A DNA stretch of 32,662 bases from Candidatus Nanopelagicales bacterium (GCA_044348555.1 JBIKSQ010000002.1:1-32662), one strand, 5' to 3'; shown: positions 1 through 9,328, numbered from the stretch's first letter. The notes: a model not told the origin generated them from the letters alone. Made by a program: numbers and translations.

Positions 1-2168
1 TTTCGATGAATTCCCCTGCCTTTGAAATTGCAGACGCCCAAGCGATCATTACTTTTCTTGGAACCCGAAAAGAAGTCATACAGGAAGGTGCTGATGATCC
101 AAGAGTTGGTTTTGCAGGTGGCTCTTACGGCGGTGCGCTTTCTTTAATGGTTGCTGGTTACGACAATCGGGTTGATGCGGTTGCTGCCGACATCACCTGG
201 AACAACCTCGAGCAAACACTTTTCCCGCAAGGCGCAACCAATTCCTTTAGTCCAGGCATATTTAAACAACTCTGGACTGGTTTCTTTTTTAGTGTAGGAA
301 TGGCAACACCCCCAAACATGATCAACCAGTGTGGTCGCTTTACATTGGAATGGTGCGCTGCGTATCAAGAAGCATTTTTACAAGGCCAACCATCAGCAGC
401 TTCACAAGCCTTGATGTTTGCCTCATCGCCAGCAAGTGTGGCATCCCAAATAACTGCGCCGACATTGCTGCTACAAGGTCAGTCAGACTCGCTGTTTCCA
501 CTTTCCGAAGCTGATGCAACATACAGCCAAATCAAAAATGCGAATCCTGAAACTCCAGTCAAAATGGTTTGGCACGGTGGTGGTCACGATGGTGGGCTGG
601 ATGAAAGCGACAGAATTGAAAACCTCACCCTCGCTTGGTTTGAGGACCACTTAGCCGAGCGCAAAAGTGCCGGGACTGATTTTGAAATCACGCTAAGAAG
701 CGGATCTGTTATCAGTAACAACTCAGATCAGCAGTTTGAAATCTTTAGCCGGCAGGAATATCCCGGTCTGAACGGTTCATCCACTGAGGCAATAACTGTC
801 GGGGAAGCTGGCGTTGGTCAGCAAATCATTCGACCAGCCGGTGGTGTACCTGCAAACATAACCGTACTGCCAGGCGTAAGCGGTGGGTTGAGTTCGCTTG
901 TGAATCGGCCGCTACCAAACCAATCTGCGGTCTTCGATTCTGCTGTACTTGAGAACAGCTACTTCATATCTGGTTCTAGTTCGGTGTCTCTACAAGTTTC
1001 TGCGGTAGAGGTCGTACCTGAAGCAACCTTGTTTGTAAGTCTTCGCATTGTTGGTGATGGGCAGCGAGAAACTTTGCCGAATGGCTTGGTCACTCCTGTT
1101 CGAGTTTTCAACGTCGGCCCTGATCCCCAAACGGTTGAGGTTGAACTGCCAACAATTGTGCAAGAAGTAAATCCAGGCGAAAAATTGCGAATTGTTGTTA
1201 CAACCACAGACTTCGGATATCGAATGCCATTAGTAGGCGCCCAATACGAAGTCGCACTGGCAGACAACACAATGCAGTTGGCAACTGCAAACAACTTCAC
1301 AAACTTGAATGCCCAACTTCCACCGCTTGTTTGGATTGTGGGCGCCTTGCTGATGGCATTGCTAATTGGAATTGGCTCCTGGCTAATCCGGCCGCGGAAC
1401 AAGGCAGCAGTTCGAGAAGATCTGCTAGATGTGCCCGTGCGGATTGAGAACTTGGCAAAAGAGTTCAAGGGTGGTTTACGGGCAGTCAACGACATCACTT
1501 GGGAAGTCCCGGCTGGCAAAGTGATTGGTTTACTTGGGCCGAACGGTGCAGGCAAAACGACTACGATGCGAATGATTATGGGTCTTATTAGACCGACCGA
1601 AGGCGAAATCTTCGTGTATGGCAACAAGGTGGCAGCCGGCTCGCCAGTGCTTTCGCAGATTGGTTCACTGGTTGAGGGTGCGGGCTTCCTGCCACATCTC
1701 ACCGGCCGCGAGAATCTGGATTTGTATTGGAAAGCCAGCGGACGTTCGGCTGAAGATCCACACCTCGATGCTGTTTTGGAGATTGCGGACCTAGGTACAG
1801 CTCTCGATCGGAAAGTTCGGACTTACTCTCAAGGCATGCGCCAGCGGCTTGGAATTTCACAAGCCATGTTAGGTATGCCAAAACTATTGATGCTGGATGA
1901 ACCTACAAACGGTCTCGACCCACCACAAATTCGGGCAATGCGCGAGATGCTCATGTCCTATGCCGATACGGGTCGAACCGTGATTGTTTCGTCTCACTTA
2001 CTAAGTGAAGTTGAACAAACTTGTTCGCATGTGATTGTGATGCACCGCGGTCAGTTGGTAACCACCGGTCGGGTAGACGAATTACTTGAAGGTAAATCCC
2101 ACCTTCGCCTGGAGGATTTCTTCCTCGAGGTTGTTGGCGATGACTTAACGATTGGAAAACAGGCATGA
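1..2168 (+). CDS. Fusion protein, 5'-truncated by the window edge: CocE/NonD (S15)-like alpha/beta-hydrolase domain + beta-sandwich + single TM helix + ABC transporter ATP-binding domain
   Basis: There is no stop between position 3 and the ATG at 6, and the nucleophile elbow GGSYGG sits only 38 aa in (nt 117-134), so about 100+ aa of the hydrolase fold must lie upstream. Acid/His-like blocks are LLLQGQSDSLF and GGGHDGG. The hydrophobic helix LPPLVWIVGALLMALLIGIGSWLI (nt ~1317-1388) is followed by RPRNK. ABC motifs: Walker A GPNGAGKT (nt 1536-1559), signature YSQGMRQRL, Walker B LLMLDEPTNGLD, H-loop SSHLL. Confidence 0.85.
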   Translation, partial: SMNSPAFEIADAQAIITFLGTRKEVIQEGADDPRVGFAGGSYGGALSLMVAGYDNRVDAVAADITWNNLEQTLFPQGATNSFSPGIFKQLWTGFFFSVGMATPPNMINQCGRFTLEWCAAYQEAFLQGQPSAASQALMFASSPASVASQITAPTLLLQGQSDSLFPLSEADATYSQIKNANPETPVKMVWHGGGHDGGLDESDRIENLTLAWFEDHLAERKSAGTDFEITLRSGSVISNNSDQQFEIFSRQEYPGLNGSSTEAITVGEAGVGQQIIRPAGGVPANITVLPGVSGGLSSLVNRPLPNQSAVFDSAVLENSYFISGSSSVSLQVSAVEVVPEATLFVSLRIVGDGQRETLPNGLVTPVRVFNVGPDPQTVEVELPTIVQEVNPGEKLRIVVTTTDFGYRMPLVGAQYEVALADNTMQLATANNFTNLNAQLPPLVWIVGALLMALLIGIGSWLIRPRNKAAVREDLLDVPVRIENLAKEFKGGLRAVNDITWEVPAGKVIGLLGPNGAGKTTTMRMIMGLIRPTEGEIFVYGNKVAAGSPVLSQIGSLVEGAGFLPHLTGRENLDLYWKASGRSAEDPHLDAVLEIADLGTALDRKVRTYSQGMRQRLGISQAMLGMPKLLMLDEPTNGLDPPQIRAMREMLMSYADTGRTVIVSSHLLSEVEQTCSHVIVMHRGQLVTTGRVDELLEGKSHLRLEDFFLEVVGDDLTIGKQA

Positions 2169-3058
2169 GTACTCAAACCCCAATGAAGGCACTCGACATG
2201 GTTTTCCAAAGTTCAAAGACATTGCCATTTCGGGTAGAAATAATTCGACAGGTAAAGCGTCGTCGAACGCTGGTCGCCTACTTACTAATGGTCGCGCTTC
2301 CGCTAATCGTGGTTGCGGCTGTAAAGCTGGGACCAGATTCTGGTGATTCCGGCGCTAGTACTAGCGGTGGTGGATTTGGTGGCGGCAACCTAAATCTCAT
2401 TGGACTTGCGACTTCAAGCGCCTGGAACTTCACAATTGTTTTGATGTTGTTCGGTAGCGGTTTCTTGTTAACAACTGTTTTTGCACTCTTTCACGGTGAC
2501 ACAATCGCTAGCGAAGCAAGCTGGTCAACCTTGCGTTACCTATTAGCAGCGCCAGTCCCTCGGCGCCGATTGCTCTTGATAAAGATGCTGGTTGCGCTTG
2601 TGCTCTCGTTGGGATCGATTGTTACGTTGGCCGTTTCTTCATATCTAATCGGGCTAGCCGCTTTTGGTGGTGGAGATTTAGCCAGCCCGCTCGGTGGAAC
2701 TTTTGGCAACAGCGATGCATTCGTTCGAGTTAGCGTTATCACCGCATACATCTTCATGACCTTGTTGTTTGTCTCGGGCCTTGCCTTTTTGATGAGCGTA
2801 ACGACGGACGCACCTCTTGGTGCAGTTGGAACAGCCGTGATGATTTCGATTGTGCTGCAGATTCTGAACGCGCTCGAAGCGCTCGGCACCATCCGCGAAT
2901 ATCTACCCGGCTGGTACGCAGATGCTTGGGTTGGCGTACTTGATCCAAACATCAGCTGGGGTCTTATGAGTCGCGGTGTTGCTTATTCAATTGTGGCTTT
3001 TGCAATCTTCACTGCATGGGCATTCTTCAAGTTCGAGCGAAAAGACATTTACACCTGA
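2165..3058 (+). CDS. ABC-2 type transporter permease
   Basis: The start overlaps the upstream stop (ATGA at 2165-2168), suggesting translational coupling to the ABC ATPase. 297 aa with about 6 hydrophobic segments. The N-terminal region RVEIIRQVKRRRTLVAYLLMVALPLIVV is typical of ABC-2 permeases. Confidence 0.75.
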   Translation: MSTQTPMKALDMVFQSSKTLPFRVEIIRQVKRRRTLVAYLLMVALPLIVVAAVKLGPDSGDSGASTSGGGFGGGNLNLIGLATSSAWNFTIVLMLFGSGFLLTTVFALFHGDTIASEASWSTLRYLLAAPVPRRRLLLIKMLVALVLSLGSIVTLAVSSYLIGLAAFGGGDLASPLGGTFGNSDAFVRVSVITAYIFMTLLFVSGLAFLMSVTTDAPLGAVGTAVMISIVLQILNALEALGTIREYLPGWYADAWVGVLDPNISWGLMSRGVAYSIVAFAIFTAWAFFKFERKDIYT

Positions 3059-3127
3059 GTAAATGTCTGGATTGACATTGAATTGCGTCGTTCGGCTAGT
3101 GTTCGCAAACCCTACGGACGAGGACAC

Positions 3128-5407
3128 ATGAAAAAATTCATCATCGCCTTCTTGACAACCCCGCTATTGATCTCAACCTTGATTTCACCGGCTAAAGCAA
3201 ACGGGCTGGATTTGACGCCAATTTCTTTTCAGAGTGTTCTTTGTTCTAATAGAGACACCATCTTCACCAGCTTGCAGCAGCACACACTGCCTGAACTGCT
3301 AGCTATAGATCCAGTGAACTTCTACGGGATAAGACGCACCTATCAATTACTCGATAGCACCACTCCAATTGATGACCCAATCGTATTGACCTCAAGCACC
3401 CTTCGAATGAGCGAATCACATATGTTTGATCGGACAGATTTTAATGTTGAAAATCTTGGCGACTTTACTAATTTAAAAATGCAGTTGACTACCGCTGCCA
3501 TTGACGCCAATGGCGATCCGGGGGCTTTCGCTGTGGAAACTTTTGACATTCCGGACATCTACGAAGCAGGCCAAGTTGTTGGCTTGGGCACTGCCAGCGA
3601 GCCCTACTTAGTGAATACGCCTGAGCAATTCAGTGCCTTGCGCTGTCTGGATATTGATAACCGAGAACGAGATCGCTCTGATTGGGACCGTTTGCATGTG
3701 GAGATAACCTCGGATTTGCAGATGAGTGAAAGTGTTTTCATTCCGTTCTCAGTTCGGTACGCAAAGATTGATGGAAATAACCACACCATCTCAAACTTGC
3801 AGACCTTTGGCCACCGCACTGGCATGTTTGCGGACACAAATGACAGCTCATTCAAAAACTTAAATTTCCGCAAAATCCAAATCAATGGCGGTCTAGGTGT
3901 CGGAATTTTTGGGAACTACTGCAACAACGTGGAGTTTGAAAACATTAAAGTTACATTCTCCGACATCACCGCACTTAATGGCGGCACTATCTGCAACGAT
4001 GTTGATAGAGCTCACTTTAAGAATATTGAAGTCGACTCAACCTTCAATATCATCGCCAACGACATTGATTCGGCAGAGTTTCGTGAAAACATTCCCTCAA
4101 TGTATTTTGAACAGGGGATCGGTGGCCTGGTAGGCGAGGCTAGTTCTTCAATGTTTGAAAACGTAAATGTTAAATTCAAAGTGCAAAGTGGTATGGGAAT
4201 CCTGAATCATTCAAGTGAAATACTTGCCAATAATCTGATGGATTTAACAAATATCGGTGGACTATTCGGTAGATCAACGGATGACGTGAACGTAGAACAT
4301 TCAAGCATCGACTTTACGCTCGATTTCGCGGGTGCAAACCGAGCCCGAAACATTGGTGGCGTCACTGGAAATGCTCTAAGTGTCCTTCTGCAAAATGTGA
4401 AAGCTGTCACAGATATTTCACTGACTAACCCAACCCAAAGGTATACAGATGAAACATCAAATTTTGATTCAATTGGTGGCTTGGTTGGTCGAGAAATTGA
4501 TTCTTCCATTTTTGGCTCCTCTGTAACTGGGAACATCGATATCACTGCGTCCGCCAACATTTCAGACTGGCGCATTTCTCATGTAGGCAGTATTTGGGGA
4601 TACACTGAAGAAGATTTACTTGTGCAACGGGTACGGGCTGATGTTGATATATCAATGGCTGTACCCAATGTTTCTGCTGTTGGAGCAATTGGTGGCCGAT
4701 GGAGAATTGCTTGGCTCAAAGATGTCGCAGTCCATTCAGACCTAAACGTCTCCACTAGTAGCAACGAATGTGATGAATTCGGTGTCGGCGCTTTCACTGG
4801 TGAAGACGGTGGCCTAGGTAGAGTTGAGCGGGTTGTAGCAACCGGCAACATTTCCCTGCAAACCAGTTGTAGCAAAAGCAACCTCAGTGGCACTTTCGGT
4901 TATTCGAGATCGGAAAGCAGGGTTTTCTGGAACAACTCATATTGGAACTCCAGCACAGATTCTGATCTTGGCACCAGAACTGACCCTGCTAATGGAGTTG
5001 GCGCAACCACAAACCAGTTGAAGACTCGCAAGTTTTTCAATGCAAAGGAATACGACTTTAAGAAGATCTGGACGATGGATTCTAAAACTGGGTTTGCCAC
5101 ACTTCGCCCGAACAAGGGTTACACCAGTACTGCGTTGAAGGCGCAATCTTCAAAGCAGGGACTCATTGGATTCTCAAACTTGGCAAGCGATAGTCGACGC
5201 ACTTACAAAATCAATTTGCTAAGTTCTGACGCTGGAAAATCTGCGACTATCCGAATCAGAGGCACTGGAAGCGCAAAGTCACTAAAGCGAGTGAAGCTGA
5301 ACCGTCAGGGTGATGCAACTTTCAAGTCAAACGTCACACTAAACGTTGGCGACTTACTTCAACTTGTTGTTGATAAAAAAGTGCGAGTCAAACTATTACT
5401 CAAATAA
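3128..5407 (+). CDS. Secreted GLUG-motif repeat surface protein
   Basis: The longest ORF starts at TTG 3083. ATG 3128 is preceded by GAGGA (5-nt spacer) and yields the signal peptide MKKFIIAFLTTPLLISTLISPAKA. GLUG-type motifs recur (IGGLVGE, IGGLFGR, IGGVTGN, IGGLVGR), and the GTASEPYLVNTPEQF lead-in is common in GLUG proteins. No LPXTG. AT-rich relative to the housekeeping genes. Confidence 0.7.
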   Translation: MKKFIIAFLTTPLLISTLISPAKANGLDLTPISFQSVLCSNRDTIFTSLQQHTLPELLAIDPVNFYGIRRTYQLLDSTTPIDDPIVLTSSTLRMSESHMFDRTDFNVENLGDFTNLKMQLTTAAIDANGDPGAFAVETFDIPDIYEAGQVVGLGTASEPYLVNTPEQFSALRCLDIDNRERDRSDWDRLHVEITSDLQMSESVFIPFSVRYAKIDGNNHTISNLQTFGHRTGMFADTNDSSFKNLNFRKIQINGGLGVGIFGNYCNNVEFENIKVTFSDITALNGGTICNDVDRAHFKNIEVDSTFNIIANDIDSAEFRENIPSMYFEQGIGGLVGEASSSMFENVNVKFKVQSGMGILNHSSEILANNLMDLTNIGGLFGRSTDDVNVEHSSIDFTLDFAGANRARNIGGVTGNALSVLLQNVKAVTDISLTNPTQRYTDETSNFDSIGGLVGREIDSSIFGSSVTGNIDITASANISDWRISHVGSIWGYTEEDLLVQRVRADVDISMAVPNVSAVGAIGGRWRIAWLKDVAVHSDLNVSTSSNECDEFGVGAFTGEDGGLGRVERVVATGNISLQTSCSKSNLSGTFGYSRSESRVFWNNSYWNSSTDSDLGTRTDPANGVGATTNQLKTRKFFNAKEYDFKKIWTMDSKTGFATLRPNKGYTSTALKAQSSKQGLIGFSNLASDSRRTYKINLLSSDAGKSATIRIRGTGSAKSLKRVKLNRQGDATFKSNVTLNVGDLLQLVVDKKVRVKLLLK

Positions 5408-5416
5408 ACTAAACAG

Positions 5417-5459
5417 GAATGGCGGTTGGTGCTTTTGCCGACCGCCATTCTTGTTTTTT
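5417..5459. terminator. Bidirectional rho-independent terminator between convergent genes
   Basis: gaatggcggttgg (5417-5429) pairs with ccgaccgccattc (5438-5450): a 13-bp stem with one G.U and an 8-nt loop. It is followed by ttgtttttt on the plus strand and preceded by an A-rich tract (T-rich on the minus strand). It lies just after the 3128..5407 stop and abuts the 5458..6402 stop. Confidence 0.8.
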
Positions 5460-6402
5460 AGGAAAAGTTTCGCTTCATGAAGTTGACCGTGTTTGTGATC
5501 GCACTGTTAAATGTCGAATCGTAGAAAGTGTGTCCAGCGCCGGATCTTTTTGCGTACTTCACAGTCTTGCCGTTTGCTTTCAACCGCTTGACGGCTTTGT
5601 CTGCCCACTTGACTGGACAAGTCGTATCAGCAGAACCGTGTTCAACCAGAATCGGTTCACTAATGCGATCAAAGTAAGAAAGTGGAGACATCCCCCGCCA
5701 GAAAGATGGATTCTCTTTGTTATCGCCATACTTTCCAATCACATATTTCTTCACATCTGGATCGTTTGCCATCCATTTCTGAACATTCTCCCAAGCCAAC
5801 GTGCTGACCGATGCCCAGACAACAGCAGAATCAAACAAACCAGGACGACTAATTAGAGCGTTGTAAGCAACCGCCCCACCCATCGAACGACCAAAAAGCG
5901 AAAGCTGATTTTTGTTGAATTTTGGATTTGATGAAGCCTTGATTGCTAAAGCTGCATTGATTACATCTTCGGTATATCCGTAGCGCAACTTCTTCATGAA
6001 GTTTGGATCATTGTCCGAACCGGCATGATTTCGGTAATCAACATGGAAAGCCACAATGCCACGACGAGCTAAGTAATCTTGCTCACGCGCCATCCCCTGG
6101 CCAGTTACATAAATATCCGGATCGATGTATCCGTGAGCCAAGATGGCAACTGGAAATGGTCCCCGCCCTTTTGGAATGTTCATGACACCAGTGATCTTCA
6201 AACCGTTACTTCGGTAACTAACTTGATAACGGTCGTACGAAGAATTTGAAGAAACTTTTCGATCAAGCTTGAAGCTCTTACCCACAAAAGTCTGAGACCA
6301 GAGTGTTTGCAAACTCAAATCATTCGCAGTGGCAGGCGTGGTCGCAAAACCCAAAATCAGCGCGATCGAGGCTAAAAATGAAACAAGCGTTTTCTTTAAC
6401 AT
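5458..6402 (-). CDS. Secreted alpha/beta hydrolase (prolyl-oligopeptidase S9 / dienelactone-hydrolase-like)
   Basis: Signal peptide MLKKTLVSFLASIALILGFATTPATA. AILAHGY oxyanion region, nucleophile elbow GRSMGG, acid block GSADTT, His block GAGHTF. Confidence 0.8.
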   Translation of the reverse strand: MLKKTLVSFLASIALILGFATTPATANDLSLQTLWSQTFVGKSFKLDRKVSSNSSYDRYQVSYRSNGLKITGVMNIPKGRGPFPVAILAHGYIDPDIYVTGQGMAREQDYLARRGIVAFHVDYRNHAGSDNDPNFMKKLRYGYTEDVINAALAIKASSNPKFNKNQLSLFGRSMGGAVAYNALISRPGLFDSAVVWASVSTLAWENVQKWMANDPDVKKYVIGKYGDNKENPSFWRGMSPLSYFDRISEPILVEHGSADTTCPVKWADKAVKRLKANGKTVKYAKRSGAGHTFYDSTFNSAITNTVNFMKRNFS

Positions 6403-6447
6403 TTCAAAAGGCTAATTGGTATTTGGGTTACCTGCCATCTGAAGGGT

Positions 6448-7365
6448 TTACTCGGGGATCTCAGCCTCAGGGCCAGAGAAATCCTTCGGAGTATGTGGGA
6501 TCTTTTTGTTGAATTCCCGTTTCCACGCGAATATCGCAAGCGCGATAACTGCAACAATCGTGATGGCAAGCAGCGTCAGGTTGATTGTTGAACTTGTGCC
6601 TGCTGCACCAAGCAACGTGCGCCCGTTTGTGATGATGACCACGCCACCAATTAATACGCCGAAAGGCGCATGCGGCAGGCGACCCGCTAGTCGGGCAGCA
6701 ATTGGGGCCATTAATACTCCGCCGAGCATTAAACCAAGCACGACAGTTACTGGAACTTCAGTTTCCGCAGTACTCAAACCGAACAAGAAACCAAGGCTGG
6801 CCGCGACTGCAACCGCAAACTCAGCTGCACTAACCGTTCCAATCACTAAGCGTGGGTGGGTGCGGGTTGCGGTTAGCAAAGTTGGTGTAGTGATTGGTCC
6901 CCAACCGCCACCGCCGGAAGCATCAACAAATCCTGCAAAGGCACCAAGACCGGCGAGCGTGTAGCCACGAAGCATCTTCTTTTTTGCTTTAATCACTGCG
7001 ATGCCGAAACCGAACCGAATCAGCAGAACTAGTCCGAGCAAAAACAAAAGCCCCGACATGTACGTGCGAGCGCCATCAAGGGAGAACTGAGTTAAAACTG
7101 TTGCTCCGACAAACGCACCAATTGCACCGGGCAGAGCAATCCGCAACAGGATGTGCTTGTCCACATTGCCTTCGCGCCAATGCGACAGACCGCTAGCCAA
7201 AGTGGTCCCGATCTCAGCAAAGTGAACTGCCGCCGAGGCAGCCACAGCAGAAGCCCCGAGCAGAACTAGTGCGGTTGAACTAGTAATGCCGAATGCCATA
7301 CCGAGCGTGCCATCAACAAACTGCGCTACCGCACCAGCGATTGCGTACCAAAGTGTTTCAAGCAT
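6448..7365 (-). CDS. TauE/SafE family sulfite/anion exporter membrane protein
   Basis: 305 aa with about 8 Gly/Ala-rich hydrophobic helices. The N-terminus AGAVAQFVDGTLGMAFG and internal FAGFVDASGGGGWGPI blocks are characteristic of the TauE/SafE (DUF81) family. Confidence 0.75.
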   Translation of the reverse strand: MLETLWYAIAGAVAQFVDGTLGMAFGITSSTALVLLGASAVAASAAVHFAEIGTTLASGLSHWREGNVDKHILLRIALPGAIGAFVGATVLTQFSLDGARTYMSGLLFLLGLVLLIRFGFGIAVIKAKKKMLRGYTLAGLGAFAGFVDASGGGGWGPITTPTLLTATRTHPRLVIGTVSAAEFAVAVAASLGFLFGLSTAETEVPVTVVLGLMLGGVLMAPIAARLAGRLPHAPFGVLIGGVVIITNGRTLLGAAGTSSTINLTLLAITIVAVIALAIFAWKREFNKKIPHTPKDFSGPEAEIPE

Positions 7366-7429
7366 TTTTCCCTCTAATTCTTTTAATGGGGGTAAACTAG
7401 CCCTATTAAAACTATTTCAGGCAAGCGTG

Positions 7430-7912
7430 TCAATTCGGCGCGCCCCACGCGGTTGGATCATCAAGAATTACCTGAATAAAGTCCGGAAAACTTTGATCCA
7501 GTACGTCCTGGAGGCTCACTGTGTCCAAGATTCGGCGCTCTTTAGCCCGAAGTGCAATCCACACCTTTTCCAGCCCCGCAGCAGCGCCTTCATACTCAAC
7601 GCCTTCCGGCCGTTGCCCTCGAACCAAGGTCAATGGGCCATCGATTGCTCTAATCACATCGGCTAAGTGAATTTCTGCGGCAGGTCGGGCCAACTTGAAA
7701 CCACCCGTACGACCTTTTCGGCTCTCAACCAGTCCAGCTCGTTTCAGTGCACTAACTGCTGTACGCAAGTAGTCCTCCGAGAGCGTTTGCTTCTCTGCGA
7801 TGTAATCAAGACTCACCCACTCATCACTGCCTGCGGCGATTTCGAGCATGGCTCGAAATCCGTAGTCGGTTAGGGCTGTAAATCGCATGCCCGAATTATC
7901 GTTGAAAATCAT
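7430..7912 (-). CDS. Rrf2 family transcriptional regulator (cysteine-free type)
   Basis: MRFTALTDYGFRAMLEIA ... LSEDYLRTAVSALKRAGLVESRKGRTGGFKLARP matches the Rrf2 winged-HTH pattern. There is no Cys anywhere in the protein, so no Fe-S ligand set. The internal ATG at 7888 (MRFT...) is the more likely true start. Confidence 0.85.
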   Translation of the reverse strand: MIFNDNSGMRFTALTDYGFRAMLEIAAGSDEWVSLDYIAEKQTLSEDYLRTAVSALKRAGLVESRKGRTGGFKLARPAAEIHLADVIRAIDGPLTLVRGQRPEGVEYEGAAAGLEKVWIALRAKERRILDTVSLQDVLDQSFPDFIQVILDDPTAWGAPN

Positions 7913-7996
7913 GCTGCTGGTTCGAACTAGCCACTTTTTGAAAAATACATCCCTTTATAAATACAGGTACTCTGAGAGTGTGCGAAAGGAGCCGCG

Positions 7997-8425
7997 ATGA
8001 TGGCTTGGATGTGGATTATTGCAGCGGGAGTTCTGCTTGGCGTTGAAATCATGACAGCAGATTTATTGTTTGCATCGTTGGCGATTTCAGCATTAGCTGC
8101 AGGACTCGCAGGTGGACTAGGCGCAAACATGGTTGTGCAGGTGATTGTGTTTGCGGTTACAGCTGCAATCACGATCGGAATGTTGCGCCCAATAGCTTTG
8201 AAGCATTTGCGTAAGCAACCCGCCGATGCAGCCACAAATATGGATGCTCTGGTTGGTGCCACAGCACATACCCTCGAATTAGTCAGCCCAACCGTGGGAA
8301 CAGCAAAACTTTCTGGAGAAGTTTGGACTGCCAGAACAGATGAAGGCGAAGTTCCTGCAAACACCAAAGTTTCTGTCGTGCGCATTGATGGCGCAATCGC
8401 GATAGTCAAAGTTAAGGGAGAATAG
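7997..8425 (+). CDS. NfeD family membrane protein
   Basis: AAAGGAG SD upstream. N-terminal TM helices, then the C-terminal soluble OB-like segment GTAKLSGEVWTARTDEGEVPANTKVSVVRIDGAIAIV. The gene ends 2 nt before an SPFH gene, the classic NfeD-SPFH pairing. Confidence 0.8.
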   Translation: MMAWMWIIAAGVLLGVEIMTADLLFASLAISALAAGLAGGLGANMVVQVIVFAVTAAITIGMLRPIALKHLRKQPADAATNMDALVGATAHTLELVSPTVGTAKLSGEVWTARTDEGEVPANTKVSVVRIDGAIAIVKVKGE

Positions 8426-8427
8426 TT

Positions 8428-9318
8428 ATGGAAGATTTCTTGAGTGCCGGTATCGGATTTTTTGCGATATTGATTCCAATCCTGATTGTTGCAGCTGTAT
8501 TGGTTCGTTCAATTCGAATCGTGCCACAAGCAAATGCTGGAATTGTTGAACGTCTCGGCCGTTACCACCGAACACTTGGGGCTGGCTTAGCTCTTATCGT
8601 TCCTTTCGTTGATCGAGTTCGACCACTAGTGGATTTGCGTGAGCGCGTGGTTTCATTCCCACCACAGCCAGTTATTACTTCTGACAACTTGGTGGTGTCT
8701 ATTGACACTGTTATTTACTTCCAAGTTACTGATGCGAAATCAGCTACCTACGAAATCGAAAACTTTATTCAAGGTATCGAACAACTTGTTGTTACTACCC
8801 TCCGTAACGTTGTTGGTGGGCTAGACCTAGAGCAAGTTTTAACAAGCCGCGATGCAATCAATGCGAACTTGCGCGGAGTACTAGACGAGGCAACTGGCAA
8901 ATGGGGCGTGCGCGTCAATCGGGTTGAACTAAAGGCGATTGATCCACCACCATCAGTTCAGGAGTCGATGGAAAAGCAGATGCGCGCTGAGCGTGACAAG
9001 CGTGCGGCGATTTTGACTGCTGAAGGTGAAAAGCAGAGCCAAATTCTTACCGCAGAAGGTTTCCGCCAAGCCGAAATCCTGCGCGCAGAAGGCGATGCTC
9101 AGGCAGCAATCTTGCGCGCACAAGGTGAAGCCGAAGCGATTGCGAAAGTTTTCGGAGCAATCCATGAAGCCAACCCAGATGAAAAGGTCTTGGCCTACCA
9201 GTATCTCCAGCAGCTACCTGCAATCGCTAATGGCACCGCGAGCAAGGTTTGGGTAATCCCAGCGGAACTCTCAGGAGCAGCAGAGAAACTAGCTAAGGCT
9301 TTCAATCCCGATAAATAG
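8428..9318 (+). CDS. SPFH/band 7 (stomatin/QmcA-like) membrane protein
   Basis: N-terminal TM helix, SPFH core RIVPQANAGIVERLGRYHRTLGAGLALIVPFVDRV...DNLVVSIDTVIYFQVTD, and an Ala/Glu-rich coiled coil (AEILRAEGDAQAAILRAQGEAEAIA). Confidence 0.9.
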   Translation: MEDFLSAGIGFFAILIPILIVAAVLVRSIRIVPQANAGIVERLGRYHRTLGAGLALIVPFVDRVRPLVDLRERVVSFPPQPVITSDNLVVSIDTVIYFQVTDAKSATYEIENFIQGIEQLVVTTLRNVVGGLDLEQVLTSRDAINANLRGVLDEATGKWGVRVNRVELKAIDPPPSVQESMEKQMRAERDKRAAILTAEGEKQSQILTAEGFRQAEILRAEGDAQAAILRAQGEAEAIAKVFGAIHEANPDEKVLAYQYLQQLPAIANGTASKVWVIPAELSGAAEKLAKAFNPDK

Positions 9319-9328
9319 TTAGGCACAA

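Noticed and set aside
959-1702. A long antisense ORF (247 aa) inside the hydrolase-ABC gene. Similar shadow ORFs occur at 6506..6964, 7927..8409, 14394..14957, 16550..17068, 25815..26432, 27568..28143 and 30353..31162.
   Set aside because: Each lies entirely opposite a gene with clear family motifs. Their products are low-complexity (Ser/Arg/Pro/Thr-rich) with no recognisable motifs. They are typical shadow ORFs.
5419-5856. A 145-aa plus-strand ORF starting inside the terminator hairpin.
   Set aside because: It is antisense to the well-supported secreted S9-type hydrolase gene, has no SD, and begins within the terminator stem.
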